Assembly (NCBI GenBank): GCA_963674965.2
Contig: CAXXFL010000007.1
Span: 288,001 to 352,000 of the forward strand
Source: a bacterium
GTDB taxonomy: Bacteria > RBG-13-61-14 > DATKZS01
DNA length: 64,000 bases
Direction of reading: 5' to 3'
Each line of letters starts with the position of its first letter. Positions within the stretch are counted from its first letter, which is position 1. Below are positions 39,669-48,550 of this stretch, piece after piece. The notes below the pieces were generated by a model. The model saw only the letters and a list, made by a program, of their open reading frames with translations, made no database searches and was not told the DNA's origin. Position numbers and translations under genes: made by a program.

Positions 39669-40532
39669 ATGATCGACCTCCATATCCACACGATCGCCAG
39701 CGACGGGCAGCACTCGGGAGAGGAAGTTGTCCGCATGTGCGCCGACCTTCGCCTCACCGCCATGGCCGTGGCCGACCATAACAGCGTCGAGAGCGTGGCC
39801 GAGGCCGAGCGCCACGCCGGGGAGGCCGGTATCGAGTTCGCGCCCTGCTTCGAGCTTGACACCGTGTTCAGGGGACGGGACCTGCATATCCTGGGCTACT
39901 TCATCGACTACGCGGGACAGGCCTGCAAAGCCTACATGGACGAGATATTTCGGGCCAAGCTCGCTCAGACCAGACTGCGCGTCAAAAAGCTTTCCGAGCT
40001 CGGTTTCGTTTTGGATTTCGATGAGCTTATGGAACTCTCCGGGTGGCGGCTGCCCACGGGCAAGCAGTACATATCCCTCATGAAGACCAAGCCCGAGAAC
40101 ATGAAGAACCCCGATTTTATGGCCTTTATCGACGGACCGCGCTCGAGGTCGCCCTATTTGAATTTCTACCTGGACTGGCTCCGGGCGGGCAGGCCCGCCT
40201 TCGTGCCCCTCCACGCCCAACCGTCGGAGAGGGCCATCGAGGAGATAAAAAAAATCGGAGGCGTGCCCATCCTGGCCCACCCCTCGGACACGCCCCTCGA
40301 GGACGTCCATGCTCTTATCGACCTTGGCCTCGAGGGCCTCGAGGTCTACTCCTCCTATCACTCGGTGGAAGACTCCGCCAAGTTCCTGGCCCTGGCCAAG
40401 GACAGGGGAGCGCTCGTAACCGCCGGAAGCGACTTCCACGGCATAGACGTCAAGCCCGACGTCAAGCTGGCCGGTATCCCGGGAAACGAGGACGAGCTTT
40501 TCTATAAATTGAAAGAGGCCGCCGGCAGGTAA
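39669..40532 (+). CDS. PHP-domain phosphoesterase (TrpH-like)
   Basis: DLHIHT..SDG, ADHN, LAHP, GSDFHG. Confidence 0.93.
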   Translation: MIDLHIHTIASDGQHSGEEVVRMCADLRLTAMAVADHNSVESVAEAERHAGEAGIEFAPCFELDTVFRGRDLHILGYFIDYAGQACKAYMDEIFRAKLAQTRLRVKKLSELGFVLDFDELMELSGWRLPTGKQYISLMKTKPENMKNPDFMAFIDGPRSRSPYLNFYLDWLRAGRPAFVPLHAQPSERAIEEIKKIGGVPILAHPSDTPLEDVHALIDLGLEGLEVYSSYHSVEDSAKFLALAKDRGALVTAGSDFHGIDVKPDVKLAGIPGNEDELFYKLKEAAGR

Positions 40533-40568
40533 ATTCAATCCTTGCCGGCAGCCTTGTGGAATAAACTC

Positions 40569-41768
40569 TCAGCGCGATTGTTCTACGGGTACCTGCTGAA
40601 AAAAGACGTCAAAGTAGCCGGTTCTTCTGTCTTGCCAAGCCGCAAAGGTCTTGCCAAGCGGATCGACGCACAAAGTCGGATTCGATACCTCCCCTTCTCC
40701 GGCCGTCAGGCGTACGCTGCTTTTCCAGACTACTCCGTCACCCCTCCTGAAGTAGACGTCATCTTCATGAACGTAGACTTGATACACGGCCGATCCGATC
40801 CATACAGTGGTATCGCCAGCCTCAGCCTCCACTAAGGTCGGGATGGGGTCAATGGTCCAGTTGGCATACGGGTCATCTCCTTGCGACCGGCCAGGGTATT
40901 CGTAATATCCTCTGTCGGCGTAGCTTGCTTTGGTTTCATTGCCGCATCCAGAACCAGCGGCGCACGATATTTTAACTTTTAGCCTGTAACGCCCCGCGGG
41001 AAGCAACGCGGACCATGTCCCATTTCTCGAGCCCGAGTGATAAAGGCACTCACCGACCTCATTGTACAAATAGTGATCGGAATCGCACCAATCCACGGCG
41101 TCCTTGATTATGGTCACTACCTGCTCGTGATCGAGCGCGAACCATGTATCGTCACTGCAACTCCCGTACATGGAAGAGCAGCAACTCGCTTTCGAGGAAA
41201 TGGGTTGGTCCTCGAACCCCTCCACGAACAATACCGATCTATCGTTGCCCGCGTCACAAACGAGAATAGGCAAAGTGCTGTCGGTCATGCTTTCGGTCAG
41301 GTTAAGGTCGTCGATTATTGTTATTGACTTCTGAATAATCTGCGAAGTAGCGCCATCCATGGTCTCCAGTTGGGCAAGGAGGTAATACTCGCCTTGATTG
41401 GAAACGTTGCCGTTATCGTCCGAGCCGTCCCACTCGAGACTGAACTCAGACCCTGGAGCCAGATAACCATCGGCCATCGAACGTAGCCCCCTGATCACCG
41501 TGAATTCTTCATTTACGATCTTACCGCTAAGTCCCACCATGTCTGAATCGGCGGAGCCAGCTTCGACCTTTATCTCAACAGGGTCGTCGCTATATGGATT
41601 GAATTGCCCGGAAGATGTTTCAACGGATATTACCGGCTTCATTGTCCCTTCTCCTCCGGGTCCTCCAGAATTACCGCCTCCTCCGCCACAGGCCATGAAA
41701 CCAGCTAAAAAAATAATCGTCGCCGCCCATACAAAGAATACCTTACGATCATGAATCATTTTGCCCAT
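40569..41768 (-). CDS. Lipoprotein with FlgD-like Ig domain and Cys-rich region
   Basis: AGGAG RBS before ATG 41768, lipobox FMAC followed by poly-Gly, WDGSDDNGNVSNQGEY FlgD-Ig motif. Confidence 0.78.
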   Translation of the reverse strand: MGKMIHDRKVFFVWAATIIFLAGFMACGGGGGNSGGPGGEGTMKPVISVETSSGQFNPYSDDPVEIKVEAGSADSDMVGLSGKIVNEEFTVIRGLRSMADGYLAPGSEFSLEWDGSDDNGNVSNQGEYYLLAQLETMDGATSQIIQKSITIIDDLNLTESMTDSTLPILVCDAGNDRSVLFVEGFEDQPISSKASCCSSMYGSCSDDTWFALDHEQVVTIIKDAVDWCDSDHYLYNEVGECLYHSGSRNGTWSALLPAGRYRLKVKISCAAGSGCGNETKASYADRGYYEYPGRSQGDDPYANWTIDPIPTLVEAEAGDTTVWIGSAVYQVYVHEDDVYFRRGDGVVWKSSVRLTAGEGEVSNPTLCVDPLGKTFAAWQDRRTGYFDVFFQQVPVEQSR

Positions 41769-41823
41769 TGTACTCTCCTTTCGTTGTTTGAGTTGCATTT
41801 TACTCTTTGCAATAACTGAATAA

Positions 41824-41840
41824 AGCAAGAGGGGCGCCAA
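41824..41840 (-). promoter_or_regulatory. Sigma-54 (-24/-12) promoter of the lipoprotein gene
   Basis: TTGGCGCCCCTCTTGCT = GG-N10-GC, 55 nt upstream of the ATG, with a sigma-54 activator gene nearby. Confidence 0.8.
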
Positions 41841-42012
41841 CATAGCCGTCGTTTATAAATAATCGTAAATTAAAGGAAACTTTTCTAGCCACCCGAAGTT
41901 ATGGAAGAGATTGTTAGAAGAGAGACACATTACTAACTAACTAGTGACTGGAGAATCACGGATCAATTGGAAGTGGTTGGAGACCGCTTTAGGTTGTTTT
42001 CGCCTTTAATTA

Positions 42013-43776
42013 GTTTCTGTTGCACAACTGCTTAATGGCTTTCATTATGCGGTGCGGAGAGGATATGGACATGCAGATTTTCAGGGCGTCCATAAAGGAC
42101 GGAAAAGATTTTAACGCTTTCAGGCGAGTTGAATGCCTGAGCCGGCCCTTTTCTATCCTTTCAAAAAACACCTCTCCTTTTGCTGTTTTTCATTTCCGTT
42201 TTTCATTGCCCCCACAGGGGCGCGCCCGGCGGCGGCTAAGTCAGCAGCGCGAGTTTTCGAAGGTTCCAGGCAAAGAACGAAAGACCCACCCAGGACTTGA
42301 AGCTCTCGAAACCTCTCCACAGGCATCGGCTCAGACCGAAGCCGCGAAGAAGGGCGGAAAGGCCGCCCTCGATCCCGGCCCGGAAGCGAAGAAGCTTCTT
42401 GAACCAGCGCTGACGCTCGTGCTCGATCCGCTCCGAACTCCTTTTGCCGGGCTTGGGAATGGCCAGGCGCTCGATATAATAAGGACCTTCGGTCGCAAGC
42501 TTCTCATTGTCCTCATGATAGAAGCGGCGGTCGCCGGTAAACTCGCGTGGAGCCTTGCCGAACAGGCGGACGTGTTTTTGCAAAATGTCCTCGAAAAGGT
42601 CGGCGTCGGAAGGGTTGCCCTCGCACACTTTATATTGAAGCACAATCCCCGACCTTCCCGTCGCCGCCATCACCTTGTGACCGAACTCGGTCGGGCTCAT
42701 GGTCTTGCCTCTCCGGATGATATCAACGTGCGGCTCGAAAACGGAAACCACCTTCTCTTGCGCGGGAACCTTCTCGCCTTTTATAACCCGCCGCTCGCAC
42801 TGCTCGACGCACTGCTCAGAAAGCGGCAGGTAATGATCGAGTTCGCTCTTGATCATGGTTGCCAGGCCCGCATCGCTGAAATAAAGCTCTCCGCCTTTAA
42901 GGGCCTCGTCCAGCGCCTCCCGCGCCGAGCGGGCCATGGCCAAGATTTCCGCCGAAACCTTGAGAAGGTCCCGGTACCAGACCGCCCGTTTCTTCTCGAT
43001 CCCTTTGCCTTTGCCCATGGCGATCTGGTAAGCGCGCTTCTTGGCCCGCCGAGTCCGGTCATGATATTCGAACCCGAGACCCGGCAGCTCCTTCCGCGCT
43101 CCTTTCATCAACCGGTCCAATACACGGATGCTGTCAAAAAGAAGCGAAGCGTCGGTCGGATAGTGGATGTTGGCCTCGGCCACCGCGGTGTCAGCGCGGA
43201 CCGCCTCGCCGTCTTCTACTTTTTTTTTAATGGCCAGGGCCACGAGCATTTCGTTGATCCGCTCCCAGGTCTCGGGGCGGATGCGTTTTATCGCCCGCTC
43301 CAGGCTGCTGAAATGGGGAATGTCCCGCCCGAAGAACCTGGTGAACTTGCGGAAATTGTAATCGGAACCGAGGCGGTCGCCGAGTTCCCGGTAGGAATAA
43401 CACTTGAGTTGATAGATGACCGCGCTCCTAAGGACCTGCTCGACGCTCATCCCCTCGGCGCCGGTCTCCTTGAGTCCGCTTTGGAGATCATCGGCAACAG
43501 CTTCCAGAATTTCCTTGGCCTCGTCGAGCGCTATGCTCATCTTCTCAAGCTCAGTGTCTTGTTTGAAAAGATGGCCCGCTTTCAAAAATTCGTGGTCTTC
43601 AATGGTCATTTGCATTTTAATTTTCGGTCGCATTTTTCGCCCCCTTCACAGCATCCCGGCAAGTCAATCCTTGATTTTTCAAGGAGTTATTGTATCATAT
43701 CAAGACCAAAAAGGGAAGCGAAAAATGCTTACAGCACATTGTTTTTATTGGCTTTTTCTAGTTACGCAACTGGAAC
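42013..43776 (-). mobile_element. Insertion sequence, 1764 bp, copy 2 (inverted relative to copy 1)
   Basis: Same IRs and length as copy 1. TSD TAATTA at 42007-42012 and 43777-43782. One difference seen versus copy 1 (43700 vs 4076). Confidence 0.95.
42236..43633 (-). CDS. DDE transposase (465 aa), identical protein to 4143-5540
   Basis: Identical translation in the ORF track. Confidence 0.95.
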   Translation of the reverse strand: MRPKIKMQMTIEDHEFLKAGHLFKQDTELEKMSIALDEAKEILEAVADDLQSGLKETGAEGMSVEQVLRSAVIYQLKCYSYRELGDRLGSDYNFRKFTRFFGRDIPHFSSLERAIKRIRPETWERINEMLVALAIKKKVEDGEAVRADTAVAEANIHYPTDASLLFDSIRVLDRLMKGARKELPGLGFEYHDRTRRAKKRAYQIAMGKGKGIEKKRAVWYRDLLKVSAEILAMARSAREALDEALKGGELYFSDAGLATMIKSELDHYLPLSEQCVEQCERRVIKGEKVPAQEKVVSVFEPHVDIIRRGKTMSPTEFGHKVMAATGRSGIVLQYKVCEGNPSDADLFEDILQKHVRLFGKAPREFTGDRRFYHEDNEKLATEGPYYIERLAIPKPGKRSSERIEHERQRWFKKLLRFRAGIEGGLSALLRGFGLSRCLWRGFESFKSWVGLSFFAWNLRKLALLT

Positions 43777-43860
43777 TAATTAGGAAGGTTGCATACGGCG
43801 AGAACGCTTTTTAAACCGCGCGCCATGGGTTTCGTTTCAATTGAATAGTAAAGACCAACT

Positions 43861-45273
43861 TCAGAGTATGAATAATTTTTTCCATCTTTGTGCCGTCTCC
43901 CTTGCGATGCCGATACGTTTGGCCGCTTGCGTTACGTTGCCGTTTTCCAATGCAAGCGCGTTTTTTAAAATCAGATAGTTTAAATATGAGTGAGCTTTAT
44001 CAAGGTTAAAATCGTTGTCCATCAGGGAGTTGCAAATTTTTCTTTCTACACTTTCCATTCCTTCAGGCAAATCACCCGAACCTACCGGGACATTGATACC
44101 TAAGTCCGAGGCGGTAAGTTCCACTGGTTCGCCAGACGCATTACAAACCGCACGTTCAATGGCGGATTTCAACTCCCTTACGTTTCCCGGCCATGGATAA
44201 TTTTTAATTGCTTCACCGCAGCCAACTGAAAATGAACACGCGCCAAAATACTGCGCATTGAATACTCCAAGAAAATGGTCTGCCAGGAGTATTACGTCAT
44301 TTTCTCGTTCCCTTATTGGAGGCAAATGAATGGACAATATATTGACGCGATAATAAAGGTCCTCCCTGAATTTGCCCTCCGTGACCTTTTGTTTGAGGTC
44401 CTTATAGGCGCATATTACGCGCACGTCGGAACATATCGGGTCATCTCCGCCTAAAGGCTCGTATTCATGGGTTTCAAGTACGCGCAGTAATTTTGCCTGG
44501 ACGGCTGGAGACATCTCGCCAAACTCATCCAGAAAAAGGGATCCTTTTTCAGCCATGGCGAACTTGCCTGCTCGCTTCTCTTTTGCGTCGGTAAAACTGC
44601 CTTTCTTATGTCCGAATAAAAGAGACTCCGCCAGGTTTTCGGGTATATTGGCGCAGTTGTAGGTTACCATCGGCCCATTCTTACGAGAACTGAGCGCATG
44701 TATCCTCCTGGCAATTAATTCTTTCCCAGTTCCAGTTTCGCCCGTTATCAGGACCGTTGCGTCCGAACCCGCTGCTTTATCAGCTAACTTAAGGACACTG
44801 GTTATGGCATGGCTATCCCCTACTATCTCCTTTTTCAACGCCTCATAAATTACATCTTGGCGACTTCTTTCAATTTCCTCGGACGAGTCCAGTTTCACGC
44901 AGTAGTCATCAACCTTTTTTACCAGAGGGGTAAGCCAGTCGTCTTGAGTTTTAATTATCAGTTGAGAGGCTTTATTAAAGGCTCCAATCATCTCGCTATC
45001 GAATTCAGAAAATATAGTCATTACGAAGACCCCGGCTGAGGGGCAGTGTTCCCTGACCCTATTCAGCAATTCAAGGCCATTCTCATACCTATCGGTCTTA
45101 CTATCCGCTTGCTTTGGAATGCTAAGGTCCGTGATTATTATTTCAGGGTCACCAGAGAGTGCTTTAACCGCTTCATCGAGACAAGACGCCTCCATCACTT
45201 TGTATTTTCCGAGCTTTGACTTTAAGGCCCTCCTAACTGAATCACGATCCTCTACAACCAGCACTTTCCTCAT
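43861..45273 (-). CDS. Sigma-54-dependent response regulator (REC-AAA-Fis HTH)
   Basis: VLVVED...TDL receiver, GETGTGKE, ESLLFGHKKGSFTDA, LFLDE, WPGNVREL, C-terminal HTH. Confidence 0.95.
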   Translation of the reverse strand: MRKVLVVEDRDSVRRALKSKLGKYKVMEASCLDEAVKALSGDPEIIITDLSIPKQADSKTDRYENGLELLNRVREHCPSAGVFVMTIFSEFDSEMIGAFNKASQLIIKTQDDWLTPLVKKVDDYCVKLDSSEEIERSRQDVIYEALKKEIVGDSHAITSVLKLADKAAGSDATVLITGETGTGKELIARRIHALSSRKNGPMVTYNCANIPENLAESLLFGHKKGSFTDAKEKRAGKFAMAEKGSLFLDEFGEMSPAVQAKLLRVLETHEYEPLGGDDPICSDVRVICAYKDLKQKVTEGKFREDLYYRVNILSIHLPPIRERENDVILLADHFLGVFNAQYFGACSFSVGCGEAIKNYPWPGNVRELKSAIERAVCNASGEPVELTASDLGINVPVGSGDLPEGMESVERKICNSLMDNDFNLDKAHSYLNYLILKNALALENGNVTQAAKRIGIARETAQRWKKLFIL

Positions 45274-47378
45274 TTTCCATCCTCTCTTTCAATATTGAGC
45301 TTTAGCGGAAGAGTCACCGTTATTGCGGTTCCATGTCCGCGCTTACTCTTGACGCTGATTGTACCCTTGTGGTTGCCGACCGTTTTTCTTACGATCGGTA
45401 ACCCCATACCGCTCCCATTTTTTCCTCGGCTGGTTACGCCGGGAAGGAAATTATCCTCTATGTTCTCGGTATCCATACCATCACCTTCGTCCTCAATAAC
45501 GACGGCCAGTTGTAAAGGCTCATGGCCGCATTCCTTCATAAACGATCTGACTCGAATAGCTCCGCCCCTTTTTGTCGCCTGGACCGCGTTCTGAACAAGG
45601 TTTTCAAAGGCGTCAACCAATCCGTAATAATAGCCTTGAAGTTTTGGAAGCCCGGGCGTCAACTGGAGTGTGATTGCACGTTTAGTGTCGCCAAGCCGTC
45701 GGACGCTCTCTTTTAGCGCGTCATTCAATGAAACCGAGGCTAAGTCCTCCCCTCTGAAGGAATTAAGCAGGTGATTGATCTCTTTAATACCGTTATCCGC
45801 GTCATTTTCGATATCCTTGATCGCTTCTTTTATAGTGCTAACGTCTTCTTCATCTATGAGAGTCCGCGTCAGAGTAAGTATACTGATTAAGGGAGACTTG
45901 AGACGATGTATTCGACTGGCGTCTTGAAGCCATTTTTGGGCGCACTCCTCAATCATATCGACCTTATCACGAGCCTCGTTCTCCTCTTTCTCCTTCAAGG
46001 CAGCAAATTTAACGCCCGCGAAATCGAATAGTTCTTTCCTTAACATATAAATCTCTTCCTCGGAAATTACTTCCCCGCGGTTTTTCCTTCCAATCATGGC
46101 GAGACCTAATAACGAAGTTCCATGAAATATAGGGATTGCCGCCTCGAACCCATACTCTCGCATCCACCTAAGGGATTCGTCGTCGCTGGAGTGATCCTTC
46201 ATGACGATCACCGGCCCCTTAGTCTCCATAAAGCGGTTTATCAGAGCGCCCGCTTGATTGAAGGATAAGCCGATCCCGACATCCCGATCGAAACGGGAAA
46301 AACGCGTCAACATAATCATATCGTTTGTATATTCCTGCCTTCGCATTAGCGCGAATGATTTGACTTGAAGTCCATCTTCCATTGAAATCCGCAAAGCTTC
46401 GAAAACTTGTTCCATGCTTTGAGCGTTTTCGACCATAGCTTTGTGGTCCTGCAATTTTCTCCAAAGTGCTATATCGGACCCCGCCGTTAATGGCTTCAAT
46501 AAATGCTTTTCAATAATTAACGCCAAGGGGGCCGTTATGTATGCCAAGAAAAGAATTGCAACGGCGCTAATAACTATGGATTGGGTCCTTTGGCCGACAA
46601 GGATATGAAACAGAAGAAACACAAAAAGGACGGATATGCCAAACAATACGTGTCTTAAAAGAGCCAAAAGGTAATCGCGACGAGCGGCTTCATATATGTC
46701 TAGTGAGCTTTGACGCAAAATTGCTCCCGTTGTGATCAATGGAAAAATTATAAAACCGATAAAACTCAGCCCAGGGGACTTGATATGCTTAAACATATAT
46801 AGGCCGCTAAAAATTGCCGGAAAAGCTGCGGCGCATAAAGACGCGTAAAAGTATGGAGCTATCCTGTGAATTGCTTTTTCCGATGATCGTCGATACTCTT
46901 GGTAAAGAAAAACTAACGACATGATTATCGGGATATACATGTACTTTGAATTCATTGCGTGTATCATCGAATCGTAAGCGTTAAATCTGTATTCCTCGTA
47001 GCTTAGGTCCCTAGGGAAAATTTGATTCAACCCGCACAGGAGTAGACTGAAACAGTAAAAAACGTATTTCAATGCCCTATGTAGCCATGAGGCACTTCTG
47101 ATAACCTCTAAAACAAAATCAAAAAAAACTGCCGAGAGCAATAACGGACCGAGCCAGAAGATTCGCGCGGCAATATCGGCAAGGTCCGGTCTTGCCGGGG
47201 GGATACCGATGAAAAAGATATCGCCCCCGACCCAAAACGCCACCAGAAAGCAGACGGATGCCACCAGCCTGACCAAACGACTGCGGTAGTTGCGCGAGAG
47301 GATATAGCAGCCTAAAGCAAGCTGGAAAACAAGGGCCACGAGAAGGACGAAGAGTTCAGCGTACATGAATATGTGCAT
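45270..47378 (-). CDS. Membrane sensor histidine kinase (multi-TM, GAF-like, HisKA, HATPase)
   Basis: About 8-9 TM helices, H box IHRLKSPL, N box ENLVQNA, DEGDG, GSGMGL. Start is 47378 (GAGG RBS) or 47408. Confidence 0.9.
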   Translation of the reverse strand: MHIFMYAELFVLLVALVFQLALGCYILSRNYRSRLVRLVASVCFLVAFWVGGDIFFIGIPPARPDLADIAARIFWLGPLLLSAVFFDFVLEVIRSASWLHRALKYVFYCFSLLLCGLNQIFPRDLSYEEYRFNAYDSMIHAMNSKYMYIPIIMSLVFLYQEYRRSSEKAIHRIAPYFYASLCAAAFPAIFSGLYMFKHIKSPGLSFIGFIIFPLITTGAILRQSSLDIYEAARRDYLLALLRHVLFGISVLFVFLLFHILVGQRTQSIVISAVAILFLAYITAPLALIIEKHLLKPLTAGSDIALWRKLQDHKAMVENAQSMEQVFEALRISMEDGLQVKSFALMRRQEYTNDMIMLTRFSRFDRDVGIGLSFNQAGALINRFMETKGPVIVMKDHSSDDESLRWMREYGFEAAIPIFHGTSLLGLAMIGRKNRGEVISEEEIYMLRKELFDFAGVKFAALKEKEENEARDKVDMIEECAQKWLQDASRIHRLKSPLISILTLTRTLIDEEDVSTIKEAIKDIENDADNGIKEINHLLNSFRGEDLASVSLNDALKESVRRLGDTKRAITLQLTPGLPKLQGYYYGLVDAFENLVQNAVQATKRGGAIRVRSFMKECGHEPLQLAVVIEDEGDGMDTENIEDNFLPGVTSRGKNGSGMGLPIVRKTVGNHKGTISVKSKRGHGTAITVTLPLKLNIEREDGK

Positions 47379-47505
47379 GAACGACCTCTTTCGTAATATA
47401 TAAGGCATCTTATGAAAACGTGCCTTTTTTTTAAAAGCGAATAGGGCGATTTAGGGAATGACCTCCCTAAAAACGTCAGTCATTGAAAAGAAATTAAATA
47501 TTATT

Positions 47506-47540
47506 GCCGCCCGCCCCCGGCATCGAGGGAGGCGAGCGGC
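47506..47540 (-). terminator. GC-rich hairpin after mdh, probable intrinsic terminator
   Basis: GCCGC-C-CGCC-CCC...GGG-A-GGCG-A-GCGGC stem just past the mdh stop, followed by an AT-rich tract. Confidence 0.6.
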
Positions 47541-47551
47541 GCAATAGACTC

Positions 47552-48481
47552 TTACACCTTGATGGTCTTAACCAGTTTTTTGACGTGGTCGCAGCTTTTC
47601 TTGAAGGCGGCCTTTTCGGCCTTGTCCAGTTTGACCTCGACGACCTTCTCGACGCCTTTCTTTCCGATGACCGCCGGTACCCCGACCCATAGTCCCTTCA
47701 CGCCGTATTCCCCGTTGCAGTGGGCGGCCACGGGCAGGACCCTTTTCCGGTCGAGCACGATGGACTCGACCATCTCGACCGCCGAGGACGCCGGGGCGTA
47801 GTAGGCGCTGCCGGTCTTGAGCAGCCCCACGATCTCGGCGCCGCCGTCCCTGGTGCGCTGCACGATCTCGTCGATGCGCTTTTTAGGGATAAGGTCGGTG
47901 ATGGGAATTCCGGCCATGGTCGAGTATCTGACGAGGGGCACCATCGAGTCCCCGTGTCCGCCCAGCACCATGGCCGTCACGTCCTGGGCCGAGCATCCCA
48001 GCTCGTCGGCGAGGAAGCTCCGAAAACGCGAGGTGTCGAGCACTCCCGCCATTCCCATGACCCTGGCGGGCGGGAACTTGCTGACCTTGGCCGCCACGTA
48101 AACCATGGCGTCAAGGGGATTGCTGACGATGATGAGGATGGCCTTGGGCGAGTATTTCTTGACCTGGGCCGTGACGCCTCCCACTATCTCGGTGTTCTTC
48201 TTGATGAGGTCGTCCCTGCTCATGCCCGGCTTGCGAGGAAGCCCGGCGGTTATAACGACTATGTCCGAGTTCCTGGTGGCGGCGTAACTGTTGGCGCCCA
48301 CCGTCTGGCCGTCGAACTCGTAAGTGGGCCTGACCTGCGACAGGTCCAGGCTCTTGCCCTGGGGGACCCCCGGAATAATATCGACCAGGACCACGTCCGC
48401 CCATCCCTTCATGGCGATAAGGTGAGCCGCCGTGGCGCCCACGTTGCCGGCCCCCACTACCGTGACTTTCATCCGTGCCAT
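47552..48481 (-). CDS. mdh: Malate dehydrogenase (LDH-like)
   Basis: [47 protein letters not shown]. Confidence 0.97.
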   Translation of the reverse strand: MARMKVTVVGAGNVGATAAHLIAMKGWADVVLVDIIPGVPQGKSLDLSQVRPTYEFDGQTVGANSYAATRNSDIVVITAGLPRKPGMSRDDLIKKNTEIVGGVTAQVKKYSPKAILIIVSNPLDAMVYVAAKVSKFPPARVMGMAGVLDTSRFRSFLADELGCSAQDVTAMVLGGHGDSMVPLVRYSTMAGIPITDLIPKKRIDEIVQRTRDGGAEIVGLLKTGSAYYAPASSAVEMVESIVLDRKRVLPVAAHCNGEYGVKGLWVGVPAVIGKKGVEKVVEVKLDKAEKAAFKKSCDHVKKLVKTIKV

Positions 48482-48550
48482 TTTATCTCCTCCCTCTTTT
48501 TTGGCGTCATCGACGCCTGGTTAGTATCCCTTCCAGCTTATTATCGCCTT

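Noticed and set aside
41931-41945. ACTAACTAACTAGT resembling the IS end/TSD junction at 5761-5771
   Set aside because: Short low-complexity match with no further IR sequence; could be chance or part of an enhancer.
4000-43776. Composite transposon or already-inverted segment bounded by the two IS copies
   Set aside because: Each copy has its own matched TSD and the split permease rejoins in frame across copy 1, which indicates independent insertions.
43835-43845. TTTCAATTGAA also present at 50380-50390
   Set aside because: Two occurrences of an AT-rich 11-mer in unrelated contexts are insufficient to call a shared site.
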